Of a stretch of DNA of 64,000 nt, positions 7,928 through 20,478 are shown piece after piece. The DNA is from Lysobacterales bacterium (GTDB taxonomy: Bacteria; Pseudomonadota; Gammaproteobacteria; Xanthomonadales; SZUA-5): assembly GCA_019187485.1 (NCBI GenBank), contig JABAQR010000020.1, positions 1,223 to 65,222 on the forward strand, given 5' to 3'. The position numbers and the translations under genes were made by a program. A model generated the notes under the pieces. The model was not told where the DNA came from, ran no database searches, and saw only the letters and a program-made list of their open reading frames with translations. Each line of letters begins with the position of its first letter. Positions within the stretch are counted from its first letter, which is position 1.

Positions 7928-10351
7928 ATGTCGACGATCACCCAACGCTGTCTGCTGACCAGCGCGATCCTGCTCGCACTCGCCTCGACGCCGCTGTCCG
8001 CGCAGGAGGCAACGACGAGCGCCGACGAGGCGACGGAAAGCACCGAACTCGAGGCCGTCACCGTCACCGCGCAGAGCCGTTCGCAGTCGGTGCAGGAAGT
8101 GCCGATCTCGGTGTCGGTGATCGACGACGTGCAGGTCGAACGCCTCGCGGCGACCGACATGAGCCAGATCGCGAACTACCTGCCGGGACTGGTCGTCGAC
8201 GCCTGGGACCAGACCCAGCCGAGCTTCGCGCTGCGCGGCATCCGCACCGACACCTTCAGCATCGGCATCGACAGCGCGGTCGGCATCTACGTCAACGGCG
8301 TCTACCAGACCAACGGCGGCGGCTCGCTGCTGGCCTTCAACGACATCCAGCGCGTGGAAGTGCTGAAGGGCCCGCAGGGCACGCTGTTCGGGCGCAACAC
8401 CGCGGCCGGCGCGATCTCGATCGTCAGCAACGAACCGGGCCTGGATTTCGAGGCGCGCGGGCGCGTGCGCGTCGGCAGCGAGAACCGCCGCTACAGCGAT
8501 GCGCTGGTCAACCTGCCGGTCGGCGAGCGCTTCGGCCTGCGCATGAGTGCGATCAACAACCGCGACGACGGCTGGCAGCAGGACACCGGCACCGGTCGCC
8601 GCTACGAAGTGGACCGCCAGTTCGGCGCGCGCGCGGCCTTCGGCGGCGATCTCACCGAGACCTGGAACCTGCAGCTCGCCTGGGACCACGAACGCATCAA
8701 GCAGCCGCAGCGCCTGGGCATCTCGGCGCTGCCCTTCCTCAACAACAGCACCGCGCGCGCGCCTTTCCCGCCGGACCCGGCGAGCTACCGCGATCCGCGC
8801 GATGTCGACATCTACCAGGACGTGGTCGACGGCAAGCAGCTCAAGGGCTACGACGGCGCTTCGCTGAAACTGACCGGCAGTTTCGACTGGGGCACGCTGA
8901 CCTCGGTGACCGCCTTCTCCGAATCCGACATCGCCCACAACGAAGACCAGGACGGCACCAACAACCCGACCGTGCGCCTGGATTCCGGCGTGACCCAGTC
9001 GGGCAGCACGCGCTACCAGGAATTCAAGTTCGCCGGCGCCAACGACAGCATCGACTGGGTCGCCGGCCTCAGCTGGTACCGCGAGGAAGGCGAGCAGTCG
9101 AACATCGTCAACAGCACCACCAACGCGATCGACACGCTGTTCTTCAACCAGGGCGCGCAACTGCCCTGCGGCGGCCCGCTCGCCTGCATCGACTTGCTGC
9201 TGGCCGCGAACGGCTTCCCGCAGCGCTTCCTCGGCCACGACTACGGCGAGCGCATCAACAACGAGATGCGCAGCACTTCGACCGCGGTCTTCGGCGACGT
9301 GATCTGGCATGTGACCGATCGCATCAACCTCACCGGCGGCCTGCGCTACACCCGCGACGACAAGGAGTTCGCGTGGTTCAACCCGCTGCGCGTGTCGCCC
9401 GGCATCGACGCCACGCTGCGCGACATCGCGCCCTTCGGGCTGTTGAGCCAGATCCCGCCGCAACTGCTGTTCCTGCTGCGCAACAACCTGGTGTTCGCGA
9501 ACGCGGTCGGTGTCGAGGTGGAGCGCGAGAACGACTGGAGCGATGTCAGCCCGCGCGTGGTGCTGGACTTCCGCGTCGCCGACGACAGCATGCTCTACCT
9601 GTCCGCCAGCGAGGGCTACAAGGCGGGCGGTTTCGACGGTGTGCAGATCGACTCCGAATACGCGCCGGAGAACGTGCGCAATTACGAACTCGGCATCAAG
9701 AACAGTTTCCCCTCGCTGCGCATGGTGCTGAACGCGGCGGTCTACCGCTACGACTACACCGACCGCCAGTCGCTGCTGCTGGTGCCGGCGAGCAGCCCGG
9801 CCGGCATCCCGCAGTACCTGGTACAGAGCTTCGACCAGAGCGCCGAGGGCTTCGATGTCGAATGGTCCTGGCGGGCCACCGATGACTTGAGCTTCAACCT
9901 CGCCGCGGCCTACATCGACTCGACCTTCGACAACGGCTCGACCACCGCCGGTGGCGAGGACCTCTCCGGCCAGCCCACCGGCGAGCCCGAATGGTCCTTC
10001 GCGGCCGGCGCCAACTATGTCTGGCGGCTGGGCGAGAACGGCGAGCTGGAGTTCAACCTGCAGCATTCCTACCGCGGCGAGACCCGCTGCAACGCCGACT
10101 CCGAGTTCCAGGGCCTGTGCGGGGAGTACACCGGCTTCCAGGTCGGCGACGAGTTGCACCTGACCAATGTGCGCGTGGGCTGGACCAGCCCGGACTACCG
10201 CTGGGGCGCCGCGCTCTACGTCAACAACGTCTTCGACGAGCAGAACGTGCGCAGCATCGGCGGCCAGGCGCAGAGCGTGCTCGGCACGCCGATCGGCACG
10301 CTGACGCTGCCGCGGATGTGGGGTTTCGAGCTGTCGGCACGCTGGGACTGA
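7928..10351 (+). CDS. TonB-dependent receptor
   Basis: Signal peptide ending LSAQE, TonB-box-like LEAVTVTAQ, plug motif VEVLKGPQGTLFGRNTAAG, and a long beta-barrel region with an aromatic C-terminal end. Confidence 0.9.
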   Translation: MSTITQRCLLTSAILLALASTPLSAQEATTSADEATESTELEAVTVTAQSRSQSVQEVPISVSVIDDVQVERLAATDMSQIANYLPGLVVDAWDQTQPSFALRGIRTDTFSIGIDSAVGIYVNGVYQTNGGGSLLAFNDIQRVEVLKGPQGTLFGRNTAAGAISIVSNEPGLDFEARGRVRVGSENRRYSDALVNLPVGERFGLRMSAINNRDDGWQQDTGTGRRYEVDRQFGARAAFGGDLTETWNLQLAWDHERIKQPQRLGISALPFLNNSTARAPFPPDPASYRDPRDVDIYQDVVDGKQLKGYDGASLKLTGSFDWGTLTSVTAFSESDIAHNEDQDGTNNPTVRLDSGVTQSGSTRYQEFKFAGANDSIDWVAGLSWYREEGEQSNIVNSTTNAIDTLFFNQGAQLPCGGPLACIDLLLAANGFPQRFLGHDYGERINNEMRSTSTAVFGDVIWHVTDRINLTGGLRYTRDDKEFAWFNPLRVSPGIDATLRDIAPFGLLSQIPPQLLFLLRNNLVFANAVGVEVERENDWSDVSPRVVLDFRVADDSMLYLSASEGYKAGGFDGVQIDSEYAPENVRNYELGIKNSFPSLRMVLNAAVYRYDYTDRQSLLLVPASSPAGIPQYLVQSFDQSAEGFDVEWSWRATDDLSFNLAAAYIDSTFDNGSTTAGGEDLSGQPTGEPEWSFAAGANYVWRLGENGELEFNLQHSYRGETRCNADSEFQGLCGEYTGFQVGDELHLTNVRVGWTSPDYRWGAALYVNNVFDEQNVRSIGGQAQSVLGTPIGTLTLPRMWGFELSARWD

Positions 10352-10443
10352 GGGCTGGTGCGTCGGGCGATGTGAGCGACTGGGTTGGCGTTCGGTACCC
10401 CGCGTTGCGGGCAACGTGACCTACGCGACGGCCGGGCCCGGGC

Positions 10444-13922
<3,479 letters not shown>

Positions 13923-13944
13923 CGGTGAGGCCGGCGTCACCGCC

Positions 13945-14784
13945 TCAGAAGCCGCGCAGCGGCGGATCCTGTGGCCCCCGCTGCAGCCAGTTGCTGCCGC
14001 TCCAGCGCGCGCTCGCGCAGGTGGCGTGCAAGGTGTAGGCGTGACGCGAGACCGGCGAGCGGTTGGGCGCGCTGTAGTGCGGCAGCAGGCCGTGGAAACA
14101 CACGAGCGTACCGGCCGGCACTTCGAGCGGGATCGCCTGCTCGCGCGTGGGCCAGGGCGTGTCGTCCAGGCGCAGCTTGTCGACGCGCCGGCCCGCGCGC
14201 ACGAACAATTCGCGCAGCGGACCGCGGTGGCCGCCGGGCTGCACCCACAGGCAGCCGTTGTCCAGCGTGGCGTCTTCGAGCGCGAACCAGAAGGTGGTCA
14301 CCGACAGCGGTTCGGTGTGCAGGAAGGTGGCGTCCTGGTGCCAGCCGACCTCGCCGCCGATGCCGGGCTGCTTGAAGATGTACATCGATTGCCAGATCAG
14401 CGGCTGCACCAGCCCTAGATCGCGCGCCAGCGCGGCCAGATCGGGACCGCGCGAGAAGGCGTCGAAGACCGGATCGAGGTCGTGCAGCGCATGGCCAATC
14501 TTGTTGATCGACAGTTGCTTGTCCTGGCGCAGGCTTCCGTCCGCGGCGAAGGCTTCCTCCTCGAAGAAGCAGCGGATGCGGGCGACCGAATCGAGGAACC
14601 AGTCGTCGCTGGCGAGCGCCTGTTCGCGAGTCGTGAAGACGCTGCGCGACTCGGTGGGATCGAAAGCGTCGATGATCGTCCCGGCGCGCGCGCGCAGCGC
14701 GGCCACCGCCTGTGGCGAGCGGAAGCCCGGCAGCACGAGATAGCCCTCACGGCGGAAGAATTCGATTGGATTGGGGGCGAGCAT
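13945..14784 (-). CDS. Phytanoyl-CoA dioxygenase (PhyH) family Fe(II)/2-oxoglutarate oxygenase
   Basis: FFRREGYLVLPGF N-terminus, the HxD iron motif in GWHQDATF, and the distal His in FHGLLPHYSAPN. I chose the internal ATG 14784 (279 aa). The ORF extends to 15234 through an Arg/Ala-rich non-coding-looking region. Confidence 0.8.
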   Translation of the reverse strand: MLAPNPIEFFRREGYLVLPGFRSPQAVAALRARAGTIIDAFDPTESRSVFTTREQALASDDWFLDSVARIRCFFEEEAFAADGSLRQDKQLSINKIGHALHDLDPVFDAFSRGPDLAALARDLGLVQPLIWQSMYIFKQPGIGGEVGWHQDATFLHTEPLSVTTFWFALEDATLDNGCLWVQPGGHRGPLRELFVRAGRRVDKLRLDDTPWPTREQAIPLEVPAGTLVCFHGLLPHYSAPNRSPVSRHAYTLHATCASARWSGSNWLQRGPQDPPLRGF

Positions 14785-15016
14785 GGTCGGGCGATTCGTC
14801 CGCATCGGCGAGCGCGCCCGACGGGCGCCAGCCCGCGAAGCTGCGGCCGGCACCCGACTGACGTCAACTGCCCGCAGGCGTGGGGCGGTCGGTGAGGTCG
14901 GCTCGACGGAACTGCTCTCGCGCGTGCGCCGCGGGGCGGGACACGACCTGCATCGACACGCCCATGGACTGCGATTGCAGTATGTTACGGGGTGGATGAG
15001 AGGTCGCGGAGGCCGC

Positions 15017-17089
15017 ATGCGACGGATCTGGTTGCCGTGGATCGCCGTGCTGCTGACGTTCGCATCGTCGCCGCTTGTGGCGCAGGATGTGGCGCGTGTC
15101 GAGGGCGTGCAGACCCCGCTCGTCGCGCAACCGACGGCTGCCGGCGCCCTCGCTCCGCAGGCGCCGGGCGCGGCCACCGATGCCGTCGCCGGTGTGGATC
15201 CCGCCGACGCATCGCTGGCGCTGGCCGCGCGCATCGAGGCCTGGACCGACGCCGTGGCCGGCTACGCGATCGCCGCTGAGCGCGTCGGTGGTATCTCGGT
15301 GGCGATCGTCCAGGGTGGTGAGTTGCTGCTGATCAAGGGTTATGGTCTCGCCGGCGTGGATCCGGAGCGTCCGGTCACGCCGCGCACGCTGTTCCGGGTT
15401 GGTTCGATCTCGAAGACCGTCACGTACCTCGCGGCGATGCAACTGGTCGAGCACGGCCGTCTCGATCTCGATGCGCCGGTCAACGACTACCTGCCCGACG
15501 CCCTGCGGATCCCCGACGATGGCTGGCGCGAGCCGGTGCGTGTGCGTCACCTGCTCAACCACACCGCGGGTTTCGAGGACAGCTTCGCCGGGCATTTGTT
15601 CTACGTCGATCCGGAGCGGGCGTTGCGGCTGCCGGACTGGCTGGTGCGCGACCGCCCGCGGCGCGTGCGCGCGCCGGAGTCGGCTGCCGTGTATTCCAAC
15701 TACTCGGTGGCGCTGCTGGGTCAGATCGTCGCCGAGGTGTCTGGCGCATCCTTCGAGGATTACGTCGAGGCGCGCATCCTGCGTCCGCTGGGGATGGCGA
15801 CGGCGACTTTCCGCGAACCCTACGACGCCGCGCTCGCGCAGCGCCGCGGCTTGCCGGCACCGCCACCGCCGGAGGTGGTCGCCGAAATCGCCGACGGCCT
15901 GCGCTGGAGCGAGGGTCTTTACCAACGCGCGCAGTATGAAAAAGTCAGTCATGGCGCGCCCGCCGGTGGCATGGTTGCGAGCGCGCTGGACATGGCGGCG
16001 TGGATGCAGGCACTGCTCGACCCGGCGCGCCTGCAGGCCGCGCGGGTGCTCGAACCGGCGACCCGCGAGCGCATGTTCGCGGTGTCTTTCCGCAATGCGC
16101 CGGGCATCGCCGCGATCCGTCATGGTTTCATCGAGTCGCCGCAGCCCGGGCATGCGCAGGCCTTCGGCCACGGCGGCAGCACGCTGCGCTTCATGGCCGA
16201 CATGCTGCTGTTGCCCGAACTCGGCCTCGGCATCTACATCGGCACCAACAGCGCCAGCGGCGCGCGTCTGCGCGGCCGCTTCGCGCGCCTGCTGCTGGCG
16301 GAGTTCTTCCCGACGGTGGCGAGCCCGTCTCCGGTCCCGGCGGATGCCATCGAGCAGGCGGCGCAGGTGGCCGGCAGCTATCTCGTCGACCGCCGCCCGC
16401 ACGCGCGCTCGGAACGCCTGCTGGGCCTGCTCGGCGGCGTGTTGAGCGTGCGCGATGCCGGCGATGGCGCGATCCTGGTGGCCAGCGCCCTCGATGGTGA
16501 GGCGACGCGCCTGGAAGCGGTGGGGGAACTCGGTTTTCGCCATCCGGAAAGCGGAGCGCTGTGGCGCTTCGAACGCGGCGTCGATGGCATGCGTCTGCAC
16601 GCCGCCTCCGGAGTCTCCGGCGGCCTGCGCGTGACCGGCCTCGCCGATCCACGGTGGTGGATGTTGCTGCTGGCGTTGGCGGGCGTGGCCGCACTGCTCG
16701 GCCTGCGCGGTGCCTGGAGGCGGGTGTGGTCGATCGCTCCGAGCACGCCGTCGGAGCGCACCCTCGGCGCCTGGATGTTGTTCGCCGCGCTCGCCTGGGT
16801 GGGCGCCTGGGCGCTGCTGCTGAAAGCACTGTTGCGGTTCCTCGTCGACGAATCCGAACAGGCCTTGTGGGCCTACCCCGGCTGGGACTACGCGGGAGCC
16901 TGCTGGGGCTTCGTCGTGGCCGGTTCGCTCAGCGTTCTCGCCCTGGTCGCTGCGCTGCGCGCCTGGAGCCGGCCGCGGCGCTGGAGCTTCGGCAGTCACT
17001 TCGGATTCGCGCTGCAATTGCTGGTGTATCTCGCCGCCGTCCTGGCAGCCTGGGGGCTCGGCGTGTTCGGCTATAGCGGCTTCGGTTGA
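15017..17089 (+). CDS. Beta-lactamase-family serine hydrolase with a C-terminal 4-TM domain
   Basis: GGAGG upstream of ATG 15017 and a signal peptide. SxxK motif in GSISKTVT, YxN in VYSNYS, HGG in FGHGGST. The last ~150 aa form four hydrophobic helices. Confidence 0.8.
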   Translation: MRRIWLPWIAVLLTFASSPLVAQDVARVEGVQTPLVAQPTAAGALAPQAPGAATDAVAGVDPADASLALAARIEAWTDAVAGYAIAAERVGGISVAIVQGGELLLIKGYGLAGVDPERPVTPRTLFRVGSISKTVTYLAAMQLVEHGRLDLDAPVNDYLPDALRIPDDGWREPVRVRHLLNHTAGFEDSFAGHLFYVDPERALRLPDWLVRDRPRRVRAPESAAVYSNYSVALLGQIVAEVSGASFEDYVEARILRPLGMATATFREPYDAALAQRRGLPAPPPPEVVAEIADGLRWSEGLYQRAQYEKVSHGAPAGGMVASALDMAAWMQALLDPARLQAARVLEPATRERMFAVSFRNAPGIAAIRHGFIESPQPGHAQAFGHGGSTLRFMADMLLLPELGLGIYIGTNSASGARLRGRFARLLLAEFFPTVASPSPVPADAIEQAAQVAGSYLVDRRPHARSERLLGLLGGVLSVRDAGDGAILVASALDGEATRLEAVGELGFRHPESGALWRFERGVDGMRLHAASGVSGGLRVTGLADPRWWMLLLALAGVAALLGLRGAWRRVWSIAPSTPSERTLGAWMLFAALAWVGAWALLLKALLRFLVDESEQALWAYPGWDYAGACWGFVVAGSLSVLALVAALRAWSRPRRWSFGSHFGFALQLLVYLAAVLAAWGLGVFGYSGFG

Positions 17090-17364
17090 GTTCGTCACCG
17101 CAGGGTCCGACCCGCGAAGGAGGAAACGCCGGTCATGGATGGTCGACCCGCAAATCCAGCGCGTCGGCGATGGATTCGGCCCAATCGCTTTCTTCCTGGC
17201 TTCGCCGCTTGCCGGTCCGATCCACGCGCCTCGCCGCGCCTTCGCTCCAATCATCCGCGGTGCGTACTCCGCCGGGTGCGCAGGGAGCATGGACGGAACC
17301 GCATGGGGAAACAGAGCGCAGCTTTTGCGCGCCTTTGCGACCTGCGCCGTTCGCGTCGACGGAC

Positions 17365-18309
17365 TCAGCCGGTGCCTGGATGCAGCGGCAGTTCGCGTTG
17401 CAACTCGCGGTAGAGCGCCATCTCGGCGCGGTCGAGGCGGTAGCCGGCCAGCGCCAGCAGGGCGGCATGGCGGTTGGCAGGGGGCTCGTCGCGATCGCCG
17501 GCGATCCGGAGCAGGGCGCCGCGCGCGGCCGCTGGGCGCAGGCCCGCGCTGTCGAGTGCGGCGATCGCGGCACCGCGCACGCTGTGATCAGCGTCGCGCA
17601 GTGCGTCGAGGCAAATCCCTTCGAGGGCGGAGGCATGCATCCATTGCGAGAGCGCGGGCAGCGCAGCCGCACGCAGCCGCGGCTCGGCGCCGCGCGCAAA
17701 GGCCAGCAGTGCGTCGGCGATGGGCGCGGCGTCCTCTTCGGCGAGCAGTCCGGGTTGCAAGGTGGCGACCAGCACCGCCAGCGCCGCCGGGTCGGGTTCC
17801 GCATGCAACGCCTGCTGCACCAGCGCACGCACTCCCGGATCTTCGATCGGCAGGGTCGCCAGCCAGCGCCAGGCTTCGGCGCGCCGCGCGGGCTCACCGG
17901 AGGCGGCCAGTTCGGCGATCCAGCGCAGCGCTTCGTCGGCAGGCGCGGCTTCCAGCAGCGCCAGCAGGGCCGCGCGCTCGTCGCGGTCGCCGACGGTGCG
18001 CAGGCGCGTGCCCAGATGCGTGCGCCAGGCGGCATCGTTGCGGACACGCGCGACGAGCGACTCGAAACTGGCCTCGCCGGCGACGAAGGCGCGCACCGGG
18101 TCGGTCGCCGGCACACCGGCGGGCGGCGTGCGCAGTGTCGGTTGGACGCGGGTGACCGCGGGCGCCGCCGCGACGGCCGGGGCCTGCGCCGTCGCGTCGG
18201 CGCTCGCACGACCCAGCCGATAGCCGATCACACCGCCGGCGCCCGCGCAGGCGAGCGCCAGCAGCAGCGCCGGCCAGCGCCGGGCTTCAGGGGCAGCGTG
18301 GAGCGACAT
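17365..18309 (-). CDS. Membrane-anchored HEAT/armadillo-like repeat protein
   Basis: N-terminal TM segment WPALLLALACAGAGGVIGY. HEAT-like repeats (DPGVRALVQQAL, EPRLRAAALPAL, DADHSVRGAAIAAL, DRDEPPANRHAALLAL). The start overlaps the 3' end of the M23 peptidase gene by 23 nt. Confidence 0.6.
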   Translation of the reverse strand: MSLHAAPEARRWPALLLALACAGAGGVIGYRLGRASADATAQAPAVAAAPAVTRVQPTLRTPPAGVPATDPVRAFVAGEASFESLVARVRNDAAWRTHLGTRLRTVGDRDERAALLALLEAAPADEALRWIAELAASGEPARRAEAWRWLATLPIEDPGVRALVQQALHAEPDPAALAVLVATLQPGLLAEEDAAPIADALLAFARGAEPRLRAAALPALSQWMHASALEGICLDALRDADHSVRGAAIAALDSAGLRPAAARGALLRIAGDRDEPPANRHAALLALAGYRLDRAEMALYRELQRELPLHPGTG

Positions 18310-19045
18310 AGCCGTCCGAACCGGTGCGCACGTAGGCGTCGGAGATGTAGCGGCCGCTGCCGATGCGATCCCAGATGCTCGAGGTGCCGTAGGGGCCGGT
18401 GACGGTGGTGCCCGGCATCTGGCACTGGATGGTCACGGTGGCGCCGTCGGCAACGGTGCCGACCACCGAATAGCCGGTACCCGGACCGGAACGCACGTTC
18501 AGCGGGGTACCGTTGGTGTTGACCACGCCGGTGACGTTGCCACCGCCGCAGGAATTGCGGCTGGTCCAGGAAACGGTGCCGTAGTAGGGCAGGGCGCGGC
18601 CGTCGAAACGGATGGGTTGCGCGCTGCCCTGGTAGCGCTCTTCGAAGTGCAGGTGCGGCCCCTGGGAGCCGCCGGTGTTGCCGACGTAGCCCAGACGCTG
18701 GCCCTGGCGCACGCTCTGGCCGACACTCACCGAGAAGCTCTGCAAGTGCGCGTACAGGGTGTCGTGGCCGCTGCCGTGGTTGACCACCAGGTACCTTCCA
18801 TAGCTGCTGTTGCCGAGGTCGCGGCGCACGCTGACGGTTCCCGCAGCGGCTGCCACCACCGGGTCGCCGAGATCGCCGGAGCGGTTCATGTCGACCGCGC
18901 GCAGTGGATTGTGATGGCTGAAGGTGGTCAGCGACCAGGTTTCGCCGCAGGCGAAGGGCATCTGGTAGGCAGGTGCCGCCGTGGCCGTGGTGGCCCACAG
19001 GATGAGCGTACCCGCACCGCAGAGGGTGCGCAGAAAGGTGTGCAT
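18287..19045 (-). CDS. Secreted M23-family metallopeptidase with a C-terminal SH3b domain
   Basis: GGGGAG RBS before ATG 19045 and signal peptide MHTFLRTLCGAGTLILWATTATAAPA. M23 core YLVVNHGSGHDTLYAHL...GYVGNTGGSQGPHLHFE. SH3b-like LNVRSGPGTGYSVVGTVADGATVTIQC. Confidence 0.85.
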   Translation of the reverse strand: MHTFLRTLCGAGTLILWATTATAAPAYQMPFACGETWSLTTFSHHNPLRAVDMNRSGDLGDPVVAAAAGTVSVRRDLGNSSYGRYLVVNHGSGHDTLYAHLQSFSVSVGQSVRQGQRLGYVGNTGGSQGPHLHFEERYQGSAQPIRFDGRALPYYGTVSWTSRNSCGGGNVTGVVNTNGTPLNVRSGPGTGYSVVGTVADGATVTIQCQMPGTTVTGPYGTSSIWDRIGSGRYISDAYVRTGSDGYVAPRCP

Positions 19046-19371
19046 GGTTTCGACTCCCCAGTCGATCCGCCCCGATGACGCGGGCACTGCCCACGGCGCC
19101 GCCCGCGGATCGGAACCAGGCCGGCGCACCGCCAATGTCCGGCGCGCGGCGGTGGCGGCGCATTCGGAAACGCTTCGGAAATCCTTCCAAGACCATTCGG
19201 GATCACCGCGATCATGTGCACGAAAGGATTTCGTCACCGATCGTGAATGGCAAGCGGCCGGGTCTGCCGGAGGCTCAATCCCGGCGCGACCGCTTTGGGA
19301 TGCGGGTCGCGCCGGACGAGGGGCGATCGCCTCCGTCCCCCTGGGGGCATCCCGATCACGAGGACGTTCCG

Positions 19372-20382
19372 ATGAACAAGATCATGCTGTGGGTGGGGCT
19401 GGGCGCGGGCCTGCTGGCGCAACCGGTGCTGGCGGCGCCGGGTGGCTACGCGGAGGGTGTGTACGCCGATTACGCCGCGGCGAGCACGCAGGCGCTGAAT
19501 TTCGAGCTGAAGACGCTGCGCGTGGGCTCGACCGAGGCCCTGCGCGGCAGCACCATGATGGAACTGACCGGCGCGCCGCGCTACGCGCTGGTGACCGAGG
19601 AGACCGGGCTCAAGCTGGACGGCGCGCGGTTCGCGCCCGTCAACCTGGAAGAGATCTATCTCGACGACCTGGATATGCGGGCGGAGGACTTCGAGAAGGC
19701 CGGTTTCCCGCTGGCGTCGGGGCAGTATCGGCTGCTGGAGGTGCGCGCCACGCTCGGCAAGGCCACGCAGACCCACACGGCGGCGGAGTTCTGCTGGAGC
19801 GAGCAGGGTCATTGCGTGGTCTTCGATCCGAACATCGACTTCCTCGACTCGGTGGTCAACAACCTGCGGGAAAGGCGCGCCTCCGGCTGGGCGCCGCGCT
19901 TCGAGCTGGAACCGGTGGCCGGCATCGATTCGCTGACCGGCTCCGCGGTCAAGGCGCGCCATTGCGGTCTGGCCGACTTCCCCAACTCCACGGCAGCGTC
20001 GATCACCTGGGGCGCGTACACTGTGTGGTACAAGAGTTTGGTCGGACTCAAGGTAGTCGAAAAGCGCATCGGCAGCATTCGCGCCGGGGTGCGCTGCGAT
20101 GCTTCCTGCCGTCCGCAGCCTTACGGCTACGCGAATGCGTCCAGCGCCTGGGCGGTCTACCCGAACAGCGTGCAGTGCGATTTCGCGCACAACCAGGGGA
20201 CTTCGGGTTCCTCCGCCAAGTACGTCGGCAAGTCCGGCTGCGCGCACCGCTTTGTGCTGGGCGCCAAGTTCAACGCCACTGCCAAGGGCGTGGGCCTCGG
20301 CGTCGACGTGCAGATCGACGCGACCGGCGGCGTCGACCAGAACGGCGGCGCGTATCGGACCGCCTGCGCCTGGTTCAACTGA
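19372..20382 (+). CDS. Secreted Cys-rich hypothetical protein (orphan)
   Basis: GAGGA RBS and signal peptide MNKIMLWVGLGAGLLAQPVLAAP. About 10 Cys in the mature part. I recognise no domain. A terminator follows. Confidence 0.6.
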   Translation: MNKIMLWVGLGAGLLAQPVLAAPGGYAEGVYADYAAASTQALNFELKTLRVGSTEALRGSTMMELTGAPRYALVTEETGLKLDGARFAPVNLEEIYLDDLDMRAEDFEKAGFPLASGQYRLLEVRATLGKATQTHTAAEFCWSEQGHCVVFDPNIDFLDSVVNNLRERRASGWAPRFELEPVAGIDSLTGSAVKARHCGLADFPNSTAASITWGAYTVWYKSLVGLKVVEKRIGSIRAGVRCDASCRPQPYGYANASSAWAVYPNSVQCDFAHNQGTSGSSAKYVGKSGCAHRFVLGAKFNATAKGVGLGVDVQIDATGGVDQNGGAYRTACAWFN

Positions 20383-20407
20383 AAACACGATCCGGCTGAG
20401 AAAAGAC

Positions 20408-20442
20408 GGCGCTCCCGCGCAGGTGGGGGCGCCGCTTGTTTT
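20408..20442 (+). terminator. Rho-independent terminator (possibly bidirectional)
   Basis: GGCGCTCCC-gcgcaggt-GGGGGCGCC followed by GCTTGTTTT. An A-rich run lies upstream. It sits between convergent genes. Confidence 0.7.
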
Positions 20443-20478
20443 GGGGGCATTGGTGGTGCGGGCGGGACCGCCGTCGTT

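Noticed and set aside
6290-10414. 1374-aa ORF on the minus strand, antisense to the ABC transporter and TonB-dependent receptor genes
   Set aside because: This is a shadow ORF typical of GC-rich DNA. It is Arg/Ala/Gly/Pro/His-rich with no motif I recognise, whereas the plus-strand genes carry clear Walker, plug and barrel signatures.
17086-18402. 438-aa plus-strand ORF and several others overlapping the HEAT-repeat gene
   Set aside because: Arg/Gly/Ala-rich with no motifs. The minus-strand frame has a TM anchor and repeat structure and is coupled to the upstream M23 gene. The HEAT call itself remains only moderately confident.
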